DNA of 64,000 bases from Balanoglossus misakiensis (GCA_040954595.2 CM082592.2:9597677-9661676); one strand, 5' to 3'; positions 1-18,600 are shown, numbered from the stretch's first letter. Made by a program: numbers and translations. Notes: generated by a model not told the origin, from the letters alone.

Positions 1-4905
<4,905 letters not shown>

Positions 4906-5576
4906 TATACGTACGTGCCGCGCCTTGCTTTATACGTATTATACGCCACCCAGTGTCAAGGTTAGGTATAACCTCCAAACTGTGTGTGGTTCGTATTCCT
5001 TGATCCCTGGGGTAAAGTTATTATCCTAGGTACAAAATACGTTGATGGCCGTTCGTTGTACTGCTCACCATGACCGGCCTTTTTACTGATAGACTTTGCC
5101 CTTCAAGTCAGAAGATCACTGGTGCATACTAGTTGCAAGTCACTGTTTACACACGCGTATAAAAGTACACACACACACACACACACACCCACTTTACTTG
5201 CGAATTGCTTCAAGACACGTACACCGTTTTTTTCGGGCTGAGGTGTACATATACCACAGATTAACAGCGTGAGCATATTTACACAATACAATATACATGT
5301 ACATTGTATAATGATATTTTATTCAAACAACCATAGGCCACCAGCCCAAATAGATAAATCATGACTTTATCATTATTCTATTAATACAGTAATTTGATTG
5401 TTTTAAAAAGAGGACAGTACATAAAAGTATCAAAAAGTAAACTTTCAAGACTGGCACAAAAAGTAAAACAAGTTCAGAATAATTATAGCATTGCTAAAAT
5501 GGTTGTATTCCCTGATTATACTTTTATATGCACACATCCACTACTACCTTGGTTTCGATGGAAATTGCATAAGTAA

Positions 5577-5661
5577 CCCTGCCACCCCCGTTTCCCTTCT
5601 TACAGGTTCAACTTTACCATAGAAAACAATGGATTTGGACCAAACCATGATTGTGAAAGGG
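5577..5661. mobile_element. Diverged copy of the ~85-bp piggyBac-like MITE
   Basis: CCCTGCCACCCCC...ACCATAGAAAACAATGGATTTGGACCAAACCATGATTGTGAAAGGG|TTAA; same length and internal sequence as 40747-40831. Confidence 0.65.
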
Positions 5662-5777
5662 TTAAAAGCAATACATTTCAGCATCCCAAACTCTGCCTTT
5701 AAAGGCATATGTACTCATGTTTGTATTCACTGAATAAATATTTGGCAGGGCAAATTTCAACAGCAGCAGCACATGTG

Positions 5778-8398
5778 TCATGACAAAAGTGACTTGGACT
5801 TCTCATAGATCCCAAAGAATATACAGCCACCTATACTGATCCACATGGTCCTAGGAACAACACCTGCAAAAAGCCTGTGTAAATGTAATAAAGAAGCCAT
5901 TTATTAAAACAATTTATTGGGACCACCTGTTATTGAAAGTGACTGTTTTCTTTATTTTCTCCAATGAGCCATTTTATGAATTCATATAACTACTTTTTTT
6001 TCACTTTTCATTATAAAACATACAAATTACACCAGTATACGATGCATTTGCTCTGTCCTTACCCTTGTAAGCCTTCGCATTTCCAAACATTTCTAATAAC
6101 TGGAGTTAAGCCAGATCGCGCTGTTTCAGAACCAGCCTGCCAAGAAAAGACAAAACCAAATATTACATTTACGGTTTGCACAATTACGATATCTCAAGAG
6201 GTAGTTTAATAATATCTCAAATGTACCATAAGTATGAATGTCTCACCTCTGCTAACATTATCCTGGTCTTTGCTACATCCAATGGTGTGGTGACAGCTGC
6301 AGAAAAGCCACCTTCAACAGATAAGAAAACAAAAATAAACAGGTGTCTGATTGATATACTGGAGCACTGAAATACCAAGGGAAATGTAATATTTCATTTC
6401 TAGATAGTCCATAGTGTTGAGTGAAGGTTACACTATGACTGGACTGTGGTATTGAGAATAGATATATCCAATACCAAATTATGTGCCAATCATATTTGAT
6501 ATCAGACAGAGATATTCTCAATAGTCCATAGAAATAATATGACCTTCATTACACACAACTGAATGATCCACTCACCAGAAACAGCTCCAACAATCGCAGA
6601 CTCCCACGGATCAACTTGTCTGCCTTTCCGTCTTGACCAGAATTTCTGAATAAGAGCACATAAAACTGAAGTGCAAACAAGCTAATTAAAATCAACTCAA
6701 AGTCAGATTAAAAACTAAACATTCAAAAATAGATCCCATATATGACATACTCTCTTGATGATAAAAATTATTAAAATACTTACTTTGCCTAATTCCCAGA
6801 GAGGCATTTGTATGAATGAAAACGGTATCTATAAAAAAAATAGAAGCAAGGTTGCCCTTGTTTAAATAGGCTCAGATTTCCGGTTTACAGTCCCAAGTGT
6901 CTGAAGGGTCCTATCTATAAGCTGCTCTCTGATTACATGATACAGACTGATTCCAGCGTGAGAGACAGCAATACGCATTTATCATACTTGCCCTGACACA
7001 CTTGTCAGTTCAAGGACAACTGATGTCTTTTTAGGTTAAACTTTGACCTACCTCTCTCATGACAGTAGTAAAATATCCCCTATAGAGTCCTCTGAATCCC
7101 TGAAAATTAGACAAAACTCATTAAAAAGAACAATGTCCTGACATGAGTACTTTAAACCCAATGGTCAGCGATGCATAGCTTATCAAATAAGCTGATGTCC
7201 ATCATCTACCATCAACAATTGCCTTCTCTGAAATCACTGATCGCTCAGCTTTAGGTATTCAGTGTACAGGCCCTCGAGATGATCACAGTCAGACTGATTG
7301 ATTAACATTGTGACTCAGCGGTATACATGTAGTTGTTTGAGATCACCCCCCCCCCCCCCCCCGTACTAAATTTCAAGCTCAGATTTGAGTACCTGACAGT
7401 TTTCCTTCCATTAATGAGTTTATAAATTGCCATCTATGTCACCCACCTCTTGTCTTACTGTCATTTGGAAGACTTGTAAACTTGAGAATTGTCTGTTGGC
7501 CTGGGCTCTCTGTTTTACCACCTCAACTGGAACACGGATTACACATGCTGACTGAAAAATGTAATACATTGTAAAAGAATGATGCTAGTAATTGTATGAG
7601 ATAAAGATTAAAGACTAAATGACGAGCTCTTGTGGGAAAGATAGAAAGAAAGTTAGATTGATGGACAGATAGGTACCAGACAGACAGGTAGATAGATTGT
7701 GTATACATACCACTTCACCAACAGATGCTGCTATCATATGTACCAGGGGATGATAACTAGCTGGTACCATGCTTCCCATACCCTGCTTGAACAACTCATA
7801 TGTACAGAAGAAGATGGCAGCTGTAAGAAATAACAGAATTTCAACATTGGCAATATGAGGAAATGTTGTGGAAAATTAATATATGTGGAATTTGAAATAG
7901 AGATTTGAGAGTATGAGCCTGTTGTTTTCCTACCATTTGGAGCAGATCCAATTGCGGCTGATGCAAGACCACTGTAAATGCCACGGAATCCACCCGATTT
8001 CCAAAAGCCTGCTTGGCTTTGCAGCCGGGTTTTGACAGTGTCGATTGGAAAGAGAGCAATGTCGACAGCAGTTCCAGCCATACCACCAGCCTGGAATCAA
8101 ACATTTTAATCATAGAGTTGTCATGCTGTAGTATACCAGTACTATTTCTATCCAATTAGGTCATGCACATGACATTAAAATCAGTATGATCAGAACATGC
8201 AAGTATAAGGTCACAAAGGGACTGATGCAACTCCTGGTGTATGTTGCCAAAGAGCTGCAATGAACAACTTGTCAGAAGACTCATACATCTTTACTCGAAG
8301 TTTCATCTGAAAAAATTAAGTTGAGTACTTACCATTAACGCCACACTGAACTTCGTTGGTGGCTCAGATTCAAAAATTTCAACTTCTTCTAACTCCAT
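5778..8398 (-). CDS. SLC25A26: Mitochondrial S-adenosylmethionine carrier, multi-exon, complete
   Basis: Spliced reading gives [64 protein letters not shown]...[28 protein letters not shown]...[18 protein letters not shown]...[31 protein letters not shown]. Carrier Px[DE]xx[KR] signatures are present, and the sequence matches the SAM carrier as I know it. Confidence 0.93.
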
Positions 8399-8548
8399 GG
8401 CTGTGACAACGGATTAACAACGTTTCAAAGAGTCATGCCAGCAATTCGAGTCTTTCCCGTAGCAGCCGACGCGACGTCTGCCTTTTCCGGTTGTCACGTT
8501 TCCGTTTCCGGGTTGATTTACTTCCGGTTTACCATGATCACAGCTGTT
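8399..8548. promoter_or_regulatory. Very short bidirectional promoter (SLC25A26 / Lys-rich gene) with ETS-type TTCCGG motifs
   Basis: Divergent start codons are about 135-150 bp apart. The interval is CpG-rich with three TTCCGG cores near 8485, 8505 and 8522. Confidence 0.6.
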
Positions 8549-10714
8549 ATGGCGGAGGACAGTTTTCTTGAGGTCGACCCTTCGTACAGAAGTGTGGTTT
8601 TAGATTGGTTTCCGCAGTTGTCAAAGTCCAACAACGGAACCCCAAATGCCGATGGTGATGATGTGGCCGATAAAGACAGGAAAGGTTTTATTCAACCCGA
8701 GAAAAGGTTAGATCGAGCTTTCTTATCTTTGCTTTGGTCTTGAACATGGCGTGAACGTGTGGTACGGCACCAAACAATCGGACAAACTGACAACCGTGTC
8801 AGTGTTCTTCTTATGTGGGCATCATGTGAAATCGCATGATGTAACTGATGTTTTTGCACGGTAAATTAGTCGATTTGCGTCAATTCCGAAGCTACGCTGC
8901 TGCCCTATCTTTGGAAAGCAGACATCGCCAGCTGTTGACAGCGCGCCCTCAACGTGGACGTAATTTACTTCGTTCTTTCTCACTTTTTTTAGTTGATAGG
9001 GTCTTTTTCTTATTCATTCAACTCCAAGTAGGTCTGAGAAACCGCGAACAAAAACGCCACTACCTGAGACAAAGGAAGTGAAAGTGAGAAGTTCCCTGGA
9101 ATCGATAATCAGAAAGAAACTGAAAACGAAGAGAAAATTTGAAGAAGATCCAGTTGGTAATTGTAACTTTTTGCTTTGTAACGTTTGCTTTGAATGTGAT
9201 ACAGATGGAGTTGGACTTGAAATCAAGATCCTTGCGTACATTTATGGGTTTTCTGCTGGTTATGCAGTTCTGAATGAAAGTTGTGACAGTTAACAGTTGG
9301 TTCATGAATCTTTCAGAAATCGTAGAATGCAAATTAAAAGATTCTGAAGACGATGGAGACAGTAAAACAGCCATGGTGTCTGCCAGTAAGAAAGTGAAAA
9401 CCCATCACGACATCAGGGAACACTTACTCGCGGGCGGGAAGAAGAAGAGACGAAGGCGACGGAGAAAGGGAAACACAGGGGACGTTTCCGGAAACTTGGA
9501 AAAGAGTCCTCCAGAAAATGTGACCCAAGAAGTGGACTTGGAGGCAAAAGTGAACGAATGTGATTCAAAGCCAGTTCCTGATGCTGCCAGTGAAGATGAC
9601 AGAAGTCCCATCAAGCAGAAAAAGAAAGGAAAGACACGCAAGAAGAAAATAATTCAAGAGAATGCCAACAAAAGTGACCCAAAGAAGGAAAAGGTAATAT
9701 TTATATTTGAAATATCTGACACAAATGTTTGGCCTACTTGATTGCAGTATAAGCTTTGCTTTGTGATCATACGAAATGCACCATTTTGCAAATCAAATCA
9801 AACATATACACACATTACATATTTCAGGTGGTTACTTCCCGAGGATTCATCCTTTCAAGCAACAGTATCTTCACCAGTCAAGTGGAACAAACGAGAGCAG
9901 ACAAGAAGAAAGACAAGAAAATCAAGAAGAGAAACTCGGAACAAGAAGGCGGAGAGGAAACCCCATCTTCAAAAAAATTGAAGAAAACGAATAAAGACAC
10001 TGAAAGAGAACTTAACAGCAACCAGAAATTTACTAAGCTAAAGAAGAAAACGAAAACAAGAAATCCTGGAAAGCAGTCGAATGCTGAAGAACATGAAGGA
10101 TCAGGTACTCAGTCAGAAAAGTCGAAACTTCTGAATCACAATGAACAAAGCAACAAGGGCGCTACTCCAGAGAAACAGAAGAAAAAAATCAATGAGTTTG
10201 TGGAAACTGATGATCGAAACAGTGGGAAATCCGATGGTATAAAGAATGCTTTGAAGAGAAAGGATAATTTTGGAAGTGATGGCGAGAGAAGGACACTCAG
10301 TACTCCTGAGGGAGCTGACACATCAGGGAAGCCAGTCACAGACTTTCGGGAAGGGAATCAGAGAAGAGTTCCGGAAGAGGCCACTCAAGCTGGTGATCAG
10401 GGATTTGGACCACAAAGGAGGAAGAGAAAGAAAAGAAGAAGCAAACAGAAGAACATCAGGAAGGACAACAGGCCAGACCATCTGGTGAGTTGTGAGATTA
10501 TTATTTGCTAGCTGTCTGTTCATCGAAGTGATCAATTTAGCTGAAATCAAAGCACATATCATGATATTTGTCAACTATATGTTTAACCCGTTCACCACCA
10601 ACAAATACAATGGTGGTTGAATTTGCAAAACTAATGTTGTTTTCCCCTTTCTTTCAGAAACCACCACACCTCAGAATAAAGACAGAGACCAGTCTGCCAG
10701 TACTTGGATTGTAG
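8549..10714 (+). CDS. Uncharacterised Lys/Glu-rich, probably disordered nuclear or nucleolar protein, 5 exons (~8549-8706, 9031-9155, 9316-9693, 9828-10484, 10658-10714)
   Basis: Frame-consistent GT-AG splicing: MAEDSFLEVDPSYRSVVLDWFPQ...GGKKKRRRRRRKG...QRRKRKKRRSKQKNIRKDNRPDHLKPPHLRIKTETSLPVLGL*. An in-frame upstream ATG at 8534 is an alternative start. Confidence 0.72.
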
Positions 10715-10870
10715 CAATGAAAAAGAACTGTGGACTCCAATTTGCTATATATTGGGACATTTTTTAATTTTCAGTCTTTAGTATGGTTACTTGGTTTCTT
10801 CAAAGCCACCCTGTTTTTCACTGCCACTTTTATGTAAGTTGAATACCTGTTTTTACTGCTAGACTTGTGT

Positions 10871-13510
10871 TTAGTCGGCCTTTAGTTCAACCAGAATTTT
10901 CTTGAGAAGTGAGAAGAAATCATCAAGGGTGGCTTTGTTTGTGCGGAAATGGATAATGCACATTCGGAGACGGTACTCTCCATGGATCCTCGTCGAGGAC
11001 AGATAGAAAGCCCCGTCTGCCAAAATCTTCTCTCTGATAGCTGTATTGAAACTTTCGTTTGACTTGTCGTCACCAGTTTCATAGTGGAATGTGATGACGG
11101 TTAACTGTGGTGGACGGTCGACAGTGAATCCTGGTATTTCTGGTGAAGGTAATGATGAAATAGATTTGAGAATATGTTTATCCTCTTCATGCACATACTT
11201 TGGGTGACTTCATACAACTATACAATATCCCAGCATCGATAAGACACCAAAATCTTTTAATTTTCTACACTAACCTTTGATTTTCTGGTAAGCGTATCGA
11301 GTAAGTTGGATCTTTTCTGTTAGAGTCGCACGGATTGCCGCCACTCCATAAAACTGCAATGGCAGCCACACTCGCAATCCCCTGCAAAAAATGCTTGTGA
11401 AATTTATTGAACCATTTATGCGCAGTTTAAAAGGCATGATTTCCTTCTTTTGGTGTAAGCTTTCAAAGACGAATAACGATATTATGTAAGAGTGCATGAA
11501 TTATAAGAATTCTCAACTTATAAGACCTGTACAATGAAGCAATATATGAGACATGTATGCCTTATATATTTTAAAAATAAACGTGTTTGGATTTACACAG
11601 TATACCTGCTATGTCTTGATAATTCAAAGGACAGATTCCATGGGGACTCGCCATTAAAAGTACTGTCATCATGGCCATGATCTTGAATATATGGAGGTTC
11701 AGATATATGCATTGCATCTCTGAGTTTGAAACCCTCCCTCACGATAACAATACCAGTTCCAAACGGAACGAATAGACCTGGATGTATGAAAAGAAAGCTA
11801 CAGTTTAAGACGCAAACATCAATGATGGGGCCAGACGATATTCTGGGGGAGCATTTGAGTTCACCCGCCCCCTCGCACGGTGGAGAAAGAAGTACTAAAA
11901 CAGACTGAAACGTACTTTTGTGGGGATCAACGATGACAGAATCGACTCTGTTGACGCCTCTAAAGTAGTCCTTCAATTCTTCCACTAAAACAAAGAATCC
12001 GCCATAAGCAGCATCCACGTGGAACCACAGATTGTATTCCTCCGCCACATCGGCGATTTCCTCTATGGGATCCACAGAACCTACGCCAGTGGTGCCGATG
12101 GTTGCTACCACGAGGAACGGCACCAGACCTGCCTGTACAAAATATAGCATTATATTCTAAATAATCTATAAAATCTATTTTCAAGTATATGCGGCAATTA
12201 AGATCAGTAATGAATTCACAGGCAAGTAAGGCATTCTGTTTGTTAAATCTTACTATAGACCAAATGAAAACACTTTCCCCATCTACCTTCTCTTACCCCT
12301 GTCCCTGATTACCTCTTTGTCTCTCCTCACCATGTCCCTTAACAGCCGAGGATCCATTCTGAAGTCGTCATCCATCGGTACTTCTCTGATGATGGCCTCG
12401 AAAAGACCGACAGTTATCAGAGACCTTTGCAAACACATATTTGTCATACTGGTCATGTAAACAACAACACTAGAAAAGAGCAAATATTTCCTGAATATTA
12501 AGTTTGATACTTTTAGGAAGTCCATATTTGAAAGAACAACCATTATTTTACCCTTCGACCTTCTTATTTTAAAACTGTACAATTTGTCCAAACCATCATA
12601 TCGTGTCATGCTATTCATCTCCTGTATTGTGAGAATCACCATCAGGTTTATGAGACGGATGCACAGGGATGGCCATCAACCTACCGTTCGAAATCTCTGC
12701 CCCTCAATCCCTTACTGTGTCTGGCCGCTAATAGAGCCAACACTGTCCCCGCAGACCCGCCTGACGTCAAATTTCCAGCAAAGCCTACTGGGAAATTGAA
12801 GAGCCTTGCTGTCCAAGATATCACCATGTTTTCCATTCGGACAGTTCCAGGGCAACTGATGAAGTCGGCTGTTAGAGAGAGAATTTGATTTGCGCCTAAG
12901 AGAAAAGTATTACTAATATGACACTAGCAACACTTCAAATCGAAGACGCTTCGTATGTTCGAATACACGCACCCGCAGATTGACTAAATCAAATACTACT
13001 AAATCCAGTTCTTGAAGAATAAATACCTGAGAATCGGTTGAGAACTGCTGCGAGATAGTCGCCGAGCGCCGAAAGGTATGTGCCGTCCCCTGATATACCG
13101 CCCAGATGCGTACGGGTGCTTTGGATTCCTGAAGCAATCACATGTTCTTCAATGACCGACAGAAGCGTGTCTTTGAGGCATAAAATAAATCAGATATTAA
13201 TGATTTGATAATGCCGCGAAGTTCTCACTGTCCCCTCTGAATCATTTTTTTAAAGTTGACCAGATCGCCTTCCCCACTGATGACATGTGGTCAGCCCCTT
13301 ACCTAAATCCTTGGGTTCGTCACCAAACGCACAGTCCAACAGTCCGGCGCCTTTGTCCTCTTTCATGGAGAAGGCCGGTATTTGTCCACTTTTCAATTTC
13401 TGCAGGAAGTTCTCGGCAAACGCGACGACTTTGTCCGATAAAAATTGCCGCTCTTGGTTGGTGTTGGGTCTTTGCAAACGTTGGGCGTTGACATCATCAC
13501 CAGGATCCAT
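10871..13510 (-). CDS. Group II PLP-dependent (aromatic L-amino acid) decarboxylase-family enzyme, microbial-like, 8 exons, ~485 aa
   Basis: Exons ~13510-13303, 13170-13027, 12868-12685, 12470-12313, 12132-11916, 11777-11605, 11381-11275 and 11139-10871 splice in frame. Motifs GNLTSGGS, PFLVVATIGTTGVGSVDP, WFHVDAAYGG, DSVIVDPHKSLF (PLP lysine), ELSRHSRGLRVW, YRLRMCIIHFRT. Confidence 0.9.
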
Positions 13511-15677
13511 TTTGAGAATTACACATGCGCTATACTGCTGTGGTCAAAGCAGAGTCGATACTATATGCAGCAGATGCGACAGTACTGTTTTGCGATTTTA
13601 AGATACCGGGTATCAAGAATATCGTTTCAATCAACTGAATTCTATAAGACTACACTAGTCAGCTTCGCTACCACCAACTCGTCCTGTGTTCATTACCTAC
13701 TTGGTGAAGAAACAACTCAGCTGACTTATATCGTCGCGTGACTAAAGTTACTATAGTGGTATGTGGTAGGATACTATATATACTCCGTCTTGTATTTTGA
13801 TATGTGCAGACATATGTGCACCCAGCAGAATGCAAAAGTTAGTAAAAACAACTTTAAGTCAAAAAGGGTAAAAGGGTAAAAGTGCCACAAAAATGCCAAA
13901 TGCTAAAAGGAGGCGGCTATAAAAAGCAAACAGAGACCAGTACAATTCATAAAAGAACCGCAGCATAGACACAGATAAAAACAGAAATATTAAAAGAGGA
14001 CTTTCTGCACCACAATGTACTGTGAATTTTCTGATGCCTTTGGTGTGGCTAAATGTGATGTGTAAAAACATTACAATTTCAGTATTCACCAGTGTCACAG
14101 ACTAGATTGGCGAAGAAGGCCAAGATGCCTTTTACTATAACAGTTTATTTAAGTATATGTCAACACAGTTTCAGTCCCGTTATACAAAGAAGTCTGTTTA
14201 CGTTTCTCGCCCATTGAAACACCTTTTAGCGTTTAGTGTTTTCGTTCCGTGGAGACACGTGACAAGTTTTGTTTATTTGGAGCTAATCGGGTCAATATTG
14301 TATCCATTGTCGTGTGAAAATAAACAACATGACTCTCTAACAAGTGGCGCACTTGGAAGATCAAAAGAAGTACACAGATGCAAATATAGGTTTTGTGGAC
14401 AGAAATGCCAATAATGCTGCAATTGGCATGTTTTCTGGCATAGCACCGTGATTACACTCAGGACAATACGTTTGACTGGGGCCTGGGAGCGCAACAGCAA
14501 ACGTGAGTTCCCCAGTCTGGACACGGGCACGCCGCCAACGCCTGCAGATACACTCGGTGACTATTGCGGTTTGAATTTATTTGCCCAACGAGCAACAAAA
14601 GTGAAATGCTGCATTATTTATTAAATAGCTGCCGGTTAATTGACCCCTTAGGCTTTCAAAACCAGTCCGCCATGACGGCGGACAGAACCGCCGGTGGCTA
14701 CACTTCTACGCAAGGGGGAATTCGCCACTGGTCTTTCGGGCACTGCCTCTTAATTTTGCAATTACCAGCACTACGCCAAGTAAATAAACAAATCAATCAA
14801 GGACACACTGCGTCAATACAAATCCTGACGTCACGATCGATTTCAATATCCGGTAAGCTAGGGGGCCTTCCACCTGTTGATTACAATCTTTGACTTCATC
14901 AATATTTCATTTATTATGGCCGAATTGATTTTTATGAGACTTCTTTCTCTGACTCAAAAAAATACTGAATATGTTCTCTAAGAAGAAGAAAGGAAATTGT
15001 CTATTGATTCTGTAATCAGAATCTTGCCTTTGCGGCGAAATCAGTGATATTTTTTGCTTATTCAGAACAACTTCTTAAGATGTTTTCACTTCTGAAGTTT
15101 AGGGAGGAGTGCGCCTTCAAGAATGTGGAGACCAAAAGATCAATGACTTCCCCTGTGTCATGGGGGATATATCAGGGACGATTCCATTCGTGTTCACAGG
15201 GGAGTGATTGGTTTTCACAAAGATCTGAGATATCAGAAAGAGAATGGAAAGGATTTGTATTGCAACCGGCGAATTTCGAATCTATGTGACCCTAGCAAGA
15301 GAAAGTCTGCGGACATGCCACAGGGGAGTTTGATTTTGATGTTGACGGGAGGGGGTTGTTCGGTGGTGGTGTCCACATGAACCCGGTACAGGTTAAGGCG
15401 TGCCCCGCGGTGGTAGCTGCTCAGTACGTCTCACACCTGTTAGTGTATTCATTGTCCTTCTTGACTACAATTGTCGTGGGAGTGGTCACGTGACATCGAC
15501 ACAATACTATCCTGGATATGTCATTTGGCTTATAAACAAGAGAGTGTGAAAACCGAGCACAGGCACAGGTATTCAGCCCAGACATTTGATCACGCGGACT
15601 TAAGTTACTGGTACGTACACACGATGAAGCCGAGGACGACGTCACTGTAGAATGTACCCTGGTGATCGCAGCGGCGA

Positions 15678-18600
15678 TGGCTGAAGGCGGCGGCACGATA
15701 CTTTTACCTCCCCTTCCCAACAAACCCAACTACAACTCGTCGCCGGAGAACCCGCTTCTCCCGGGAGTCAATCAACACTTAGTGGAGTCCGTGGTCAATC
15801 AGCTGCCAGAGATAGCTGGTAAGTTGTGTACACTCTCGACTGTGGAAACACGGCGAATAACAACATCATAGCGTCTATGGAAACGTTGAAGTGGCCTAAG
15901 GTTGAAACTGTACAATCCGTCACGCCACCACAGTCACCAAGCCACCGGTAGCAAATTGACATTAAAAAAAGCCAGCCGCCGATTGAGGCCAAAGTCTATA
16001 TTGCCAAGTAGAATAGTCCATTAACGTTACTAAGCTAAGCTGTAAACAGACACCGACGAGCTTAGTCGCGAGACATCGAAATTCCTTCAAGAATATCCCC
16101 TTTCCATGTCACCGATAGATTACTTGTCAATATGAATATTATGATCTGTTATGTGTAGTTTTGTTGGCTGTGTAGTTTTGAGACTTCATAGATAAGACAC
16201 CAGACACTGGTCACCAGGTTTGGCATGTTAACCAAAATAAGTCGACCCCGATCCGATTCGGTTAAAATGTCAATCCCTTCGGAATCGGTAATTGTCATTT
16301 TGTGATTTATAATAAAAATTAATGGAAGCATTTACTTGGTTAAAGTAACCGACGATATAAAATCCTACTTTATGACCCAACTCTTTTTACAATTTTCCTT
16401 GACTTCCTTTTAGATCACTTACAACAATTTACACTATACATTTACATTTACAATGAACGTCTCAATTTAATAATTGGACTATAGTCTTTCGTCGCCGTAA
16501 GTCAAGGCTTATCCGGAGTGTCCAAAAAGCAGACACAAAAACTCCGTTGAATTTATTTAGACCTCTCCGGTACGAGTAGAAATGGCTTTGGTGGACATGG
16601 CGGCCACCTATAGTGTTTTGATTGTTAGTAACCAAAGAGTTTGGAAATCGATCGATAAAAACTGCCACAAACAACACTTTTGTCTCGGGTGCCTCCGACC
16701 CTTGTACCTGGCCGGCAGGACACTTCTGTCTGTTCACAATGTCGCGGGCTTTACTCTTTTATATAGTCAAGTTAAGTCGATCCCCGGGTTTATTCCCAAT
16801 GCACGAACACATTTCCACACACACACACGCATACGGAGACCGAACCAACGAAGGTGCAATAAAGCGACCATTGTGATCATGTTATGACACCATTTGTCTT
16901 TCTGTTGTGTCCTTGTAGACGTTTTACGACGCGCTCAGAACAGCCGTGGTTCCGTCACCGATATACTACTACGGACATCTATCAGCGATGTGGAACGTCT
17001 TCCCCCGATCCACCCCTCGGTCGCCGTAAGTATTAAAACAACACTGACAGAGTGACTTTAGCAGTGAAATCTTCACAAGGTCGCGGGTAAATTATGGGTC
17101 CGACCTACAAATTGAGACGCCAAGGCCACCTGGTATCCCCTGGGACCAAAGAAACAATACTAACACAACTTAAAAAGTTAAAGATAGATTTATCTGTTTT
17201 GTTTTTCTCGATTGGTGTTGGGGACATTATATCTGTAATAATGATATACTAGTATCAATTAGTCACGCATAAGTGAAGAACCGAAGAATTTCACATGAAT
17301 GTCTATACCTTGTTTTAAGTTAGAGGATCGCGTTATAGGCATACATATTTGAGAGACACAGGCAGACATACGGACGGACGCACAGACACAAACACACACA
17401 CACACACGCACGCAGAAGCAAGTAACATGGACTGAGTCTCGTGAATAATGAATTGCAAAGTGTAAAAAACAGTAACTTCTTTCATGATACTGATTTACGG
17501 CCCAGCGACAGAGAACAGTCCACTGATGGGACAATAGACCAGTCTTTAGAATCAACTCACTAAATCTAGTGAGAGATGGGTGACCCTTGTAACGTTTCCA
17601 TATAGGGATAATACGGATAATGTATAGCTTAGGCTTTACGGTAGCTATACGGTTTCTGTAGCATATTCAATCATCTCCAAGAACCAGAAACGACTCGCAA
17701 ACAAATCTCAATATAAATACAGAGAAAAATGCCTTGAATTGAAGTGTCTGCAATGGAAAGAAAGAGTTATACTAAGCTTTATTGATGGCTTCAGACGGGA
17801 GGGACAATGCGCCGATCACGGGGGCGTATAGTTCGTCTGTTTGGCCCTGTAAAATGCACTTTGTCCGCTAGAGATGATACATGTGTGCTTAGAAAGCTAC
17901 TGACTTAGAAGATATTAAAAATACCAGACCACAAAGGGGGCCATGGAATAGCCGGTGCTTTTTTTGCTGTAAAGCCGGTCTTTGAAGAGTGTTTCTTAAT
18001 GGCCTCTAAGATCAACTGGCCCTCGGAGGTGACTTAGTTCGTTCGCTGTAGTGTGCCTATGCAAATCCCTTCCCTGACGACCGTGCGCGACTCGTACGTG
18101 CCGCAAAACATTGCGAGGATACTCGATAGGAGTACTTATGTTTCACTTGTAACATGCGTTGGAATCCAACACAGGGGATTTAGCAAGTCTCAAGTCTCTG
18201 TTCGTCTTTTATATATTGTGTATCACGTAGCCCTGATCAAGGTCCGGTGACGCACCTTTTTCGAGCGGCCGGGAGGGGGGGTTAAGTCAAGGCCAGGGAT
18301 TAAAAGGCGAAATTGTTAAAAAGAAAGTATCCTCCGGGGAAATCATTCTAAAGAAGCTAGCTTGGTCGACGCAGGTGATGAAAGGTAGCCGACAAATTCG
18401 AGCACCGAGCTCTGTACAGGATACTTGCTGCACGAGGTCGCTGCACGGTGAAAATCGAATAGCATTACATGTACACGCACAGTCCAACGACAAAGTTCTA
18501 CAGTGGCACAGGTTGGATCGAAGCATAAGCTTAATTAGCACACGCTGAGAATGAATCATCGTTTTTTACCCCTGAAAATTGAAAAGCACACATTTTCAGC

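Noticed and set aside
5757-5780. SLC25A26 stop in a TGA-C context; readthrough would append HMCCCC
   Set aside because: The Cys run comes from a short (CAG)n repeat, and there is no conservation or structural evidence for readthrough.
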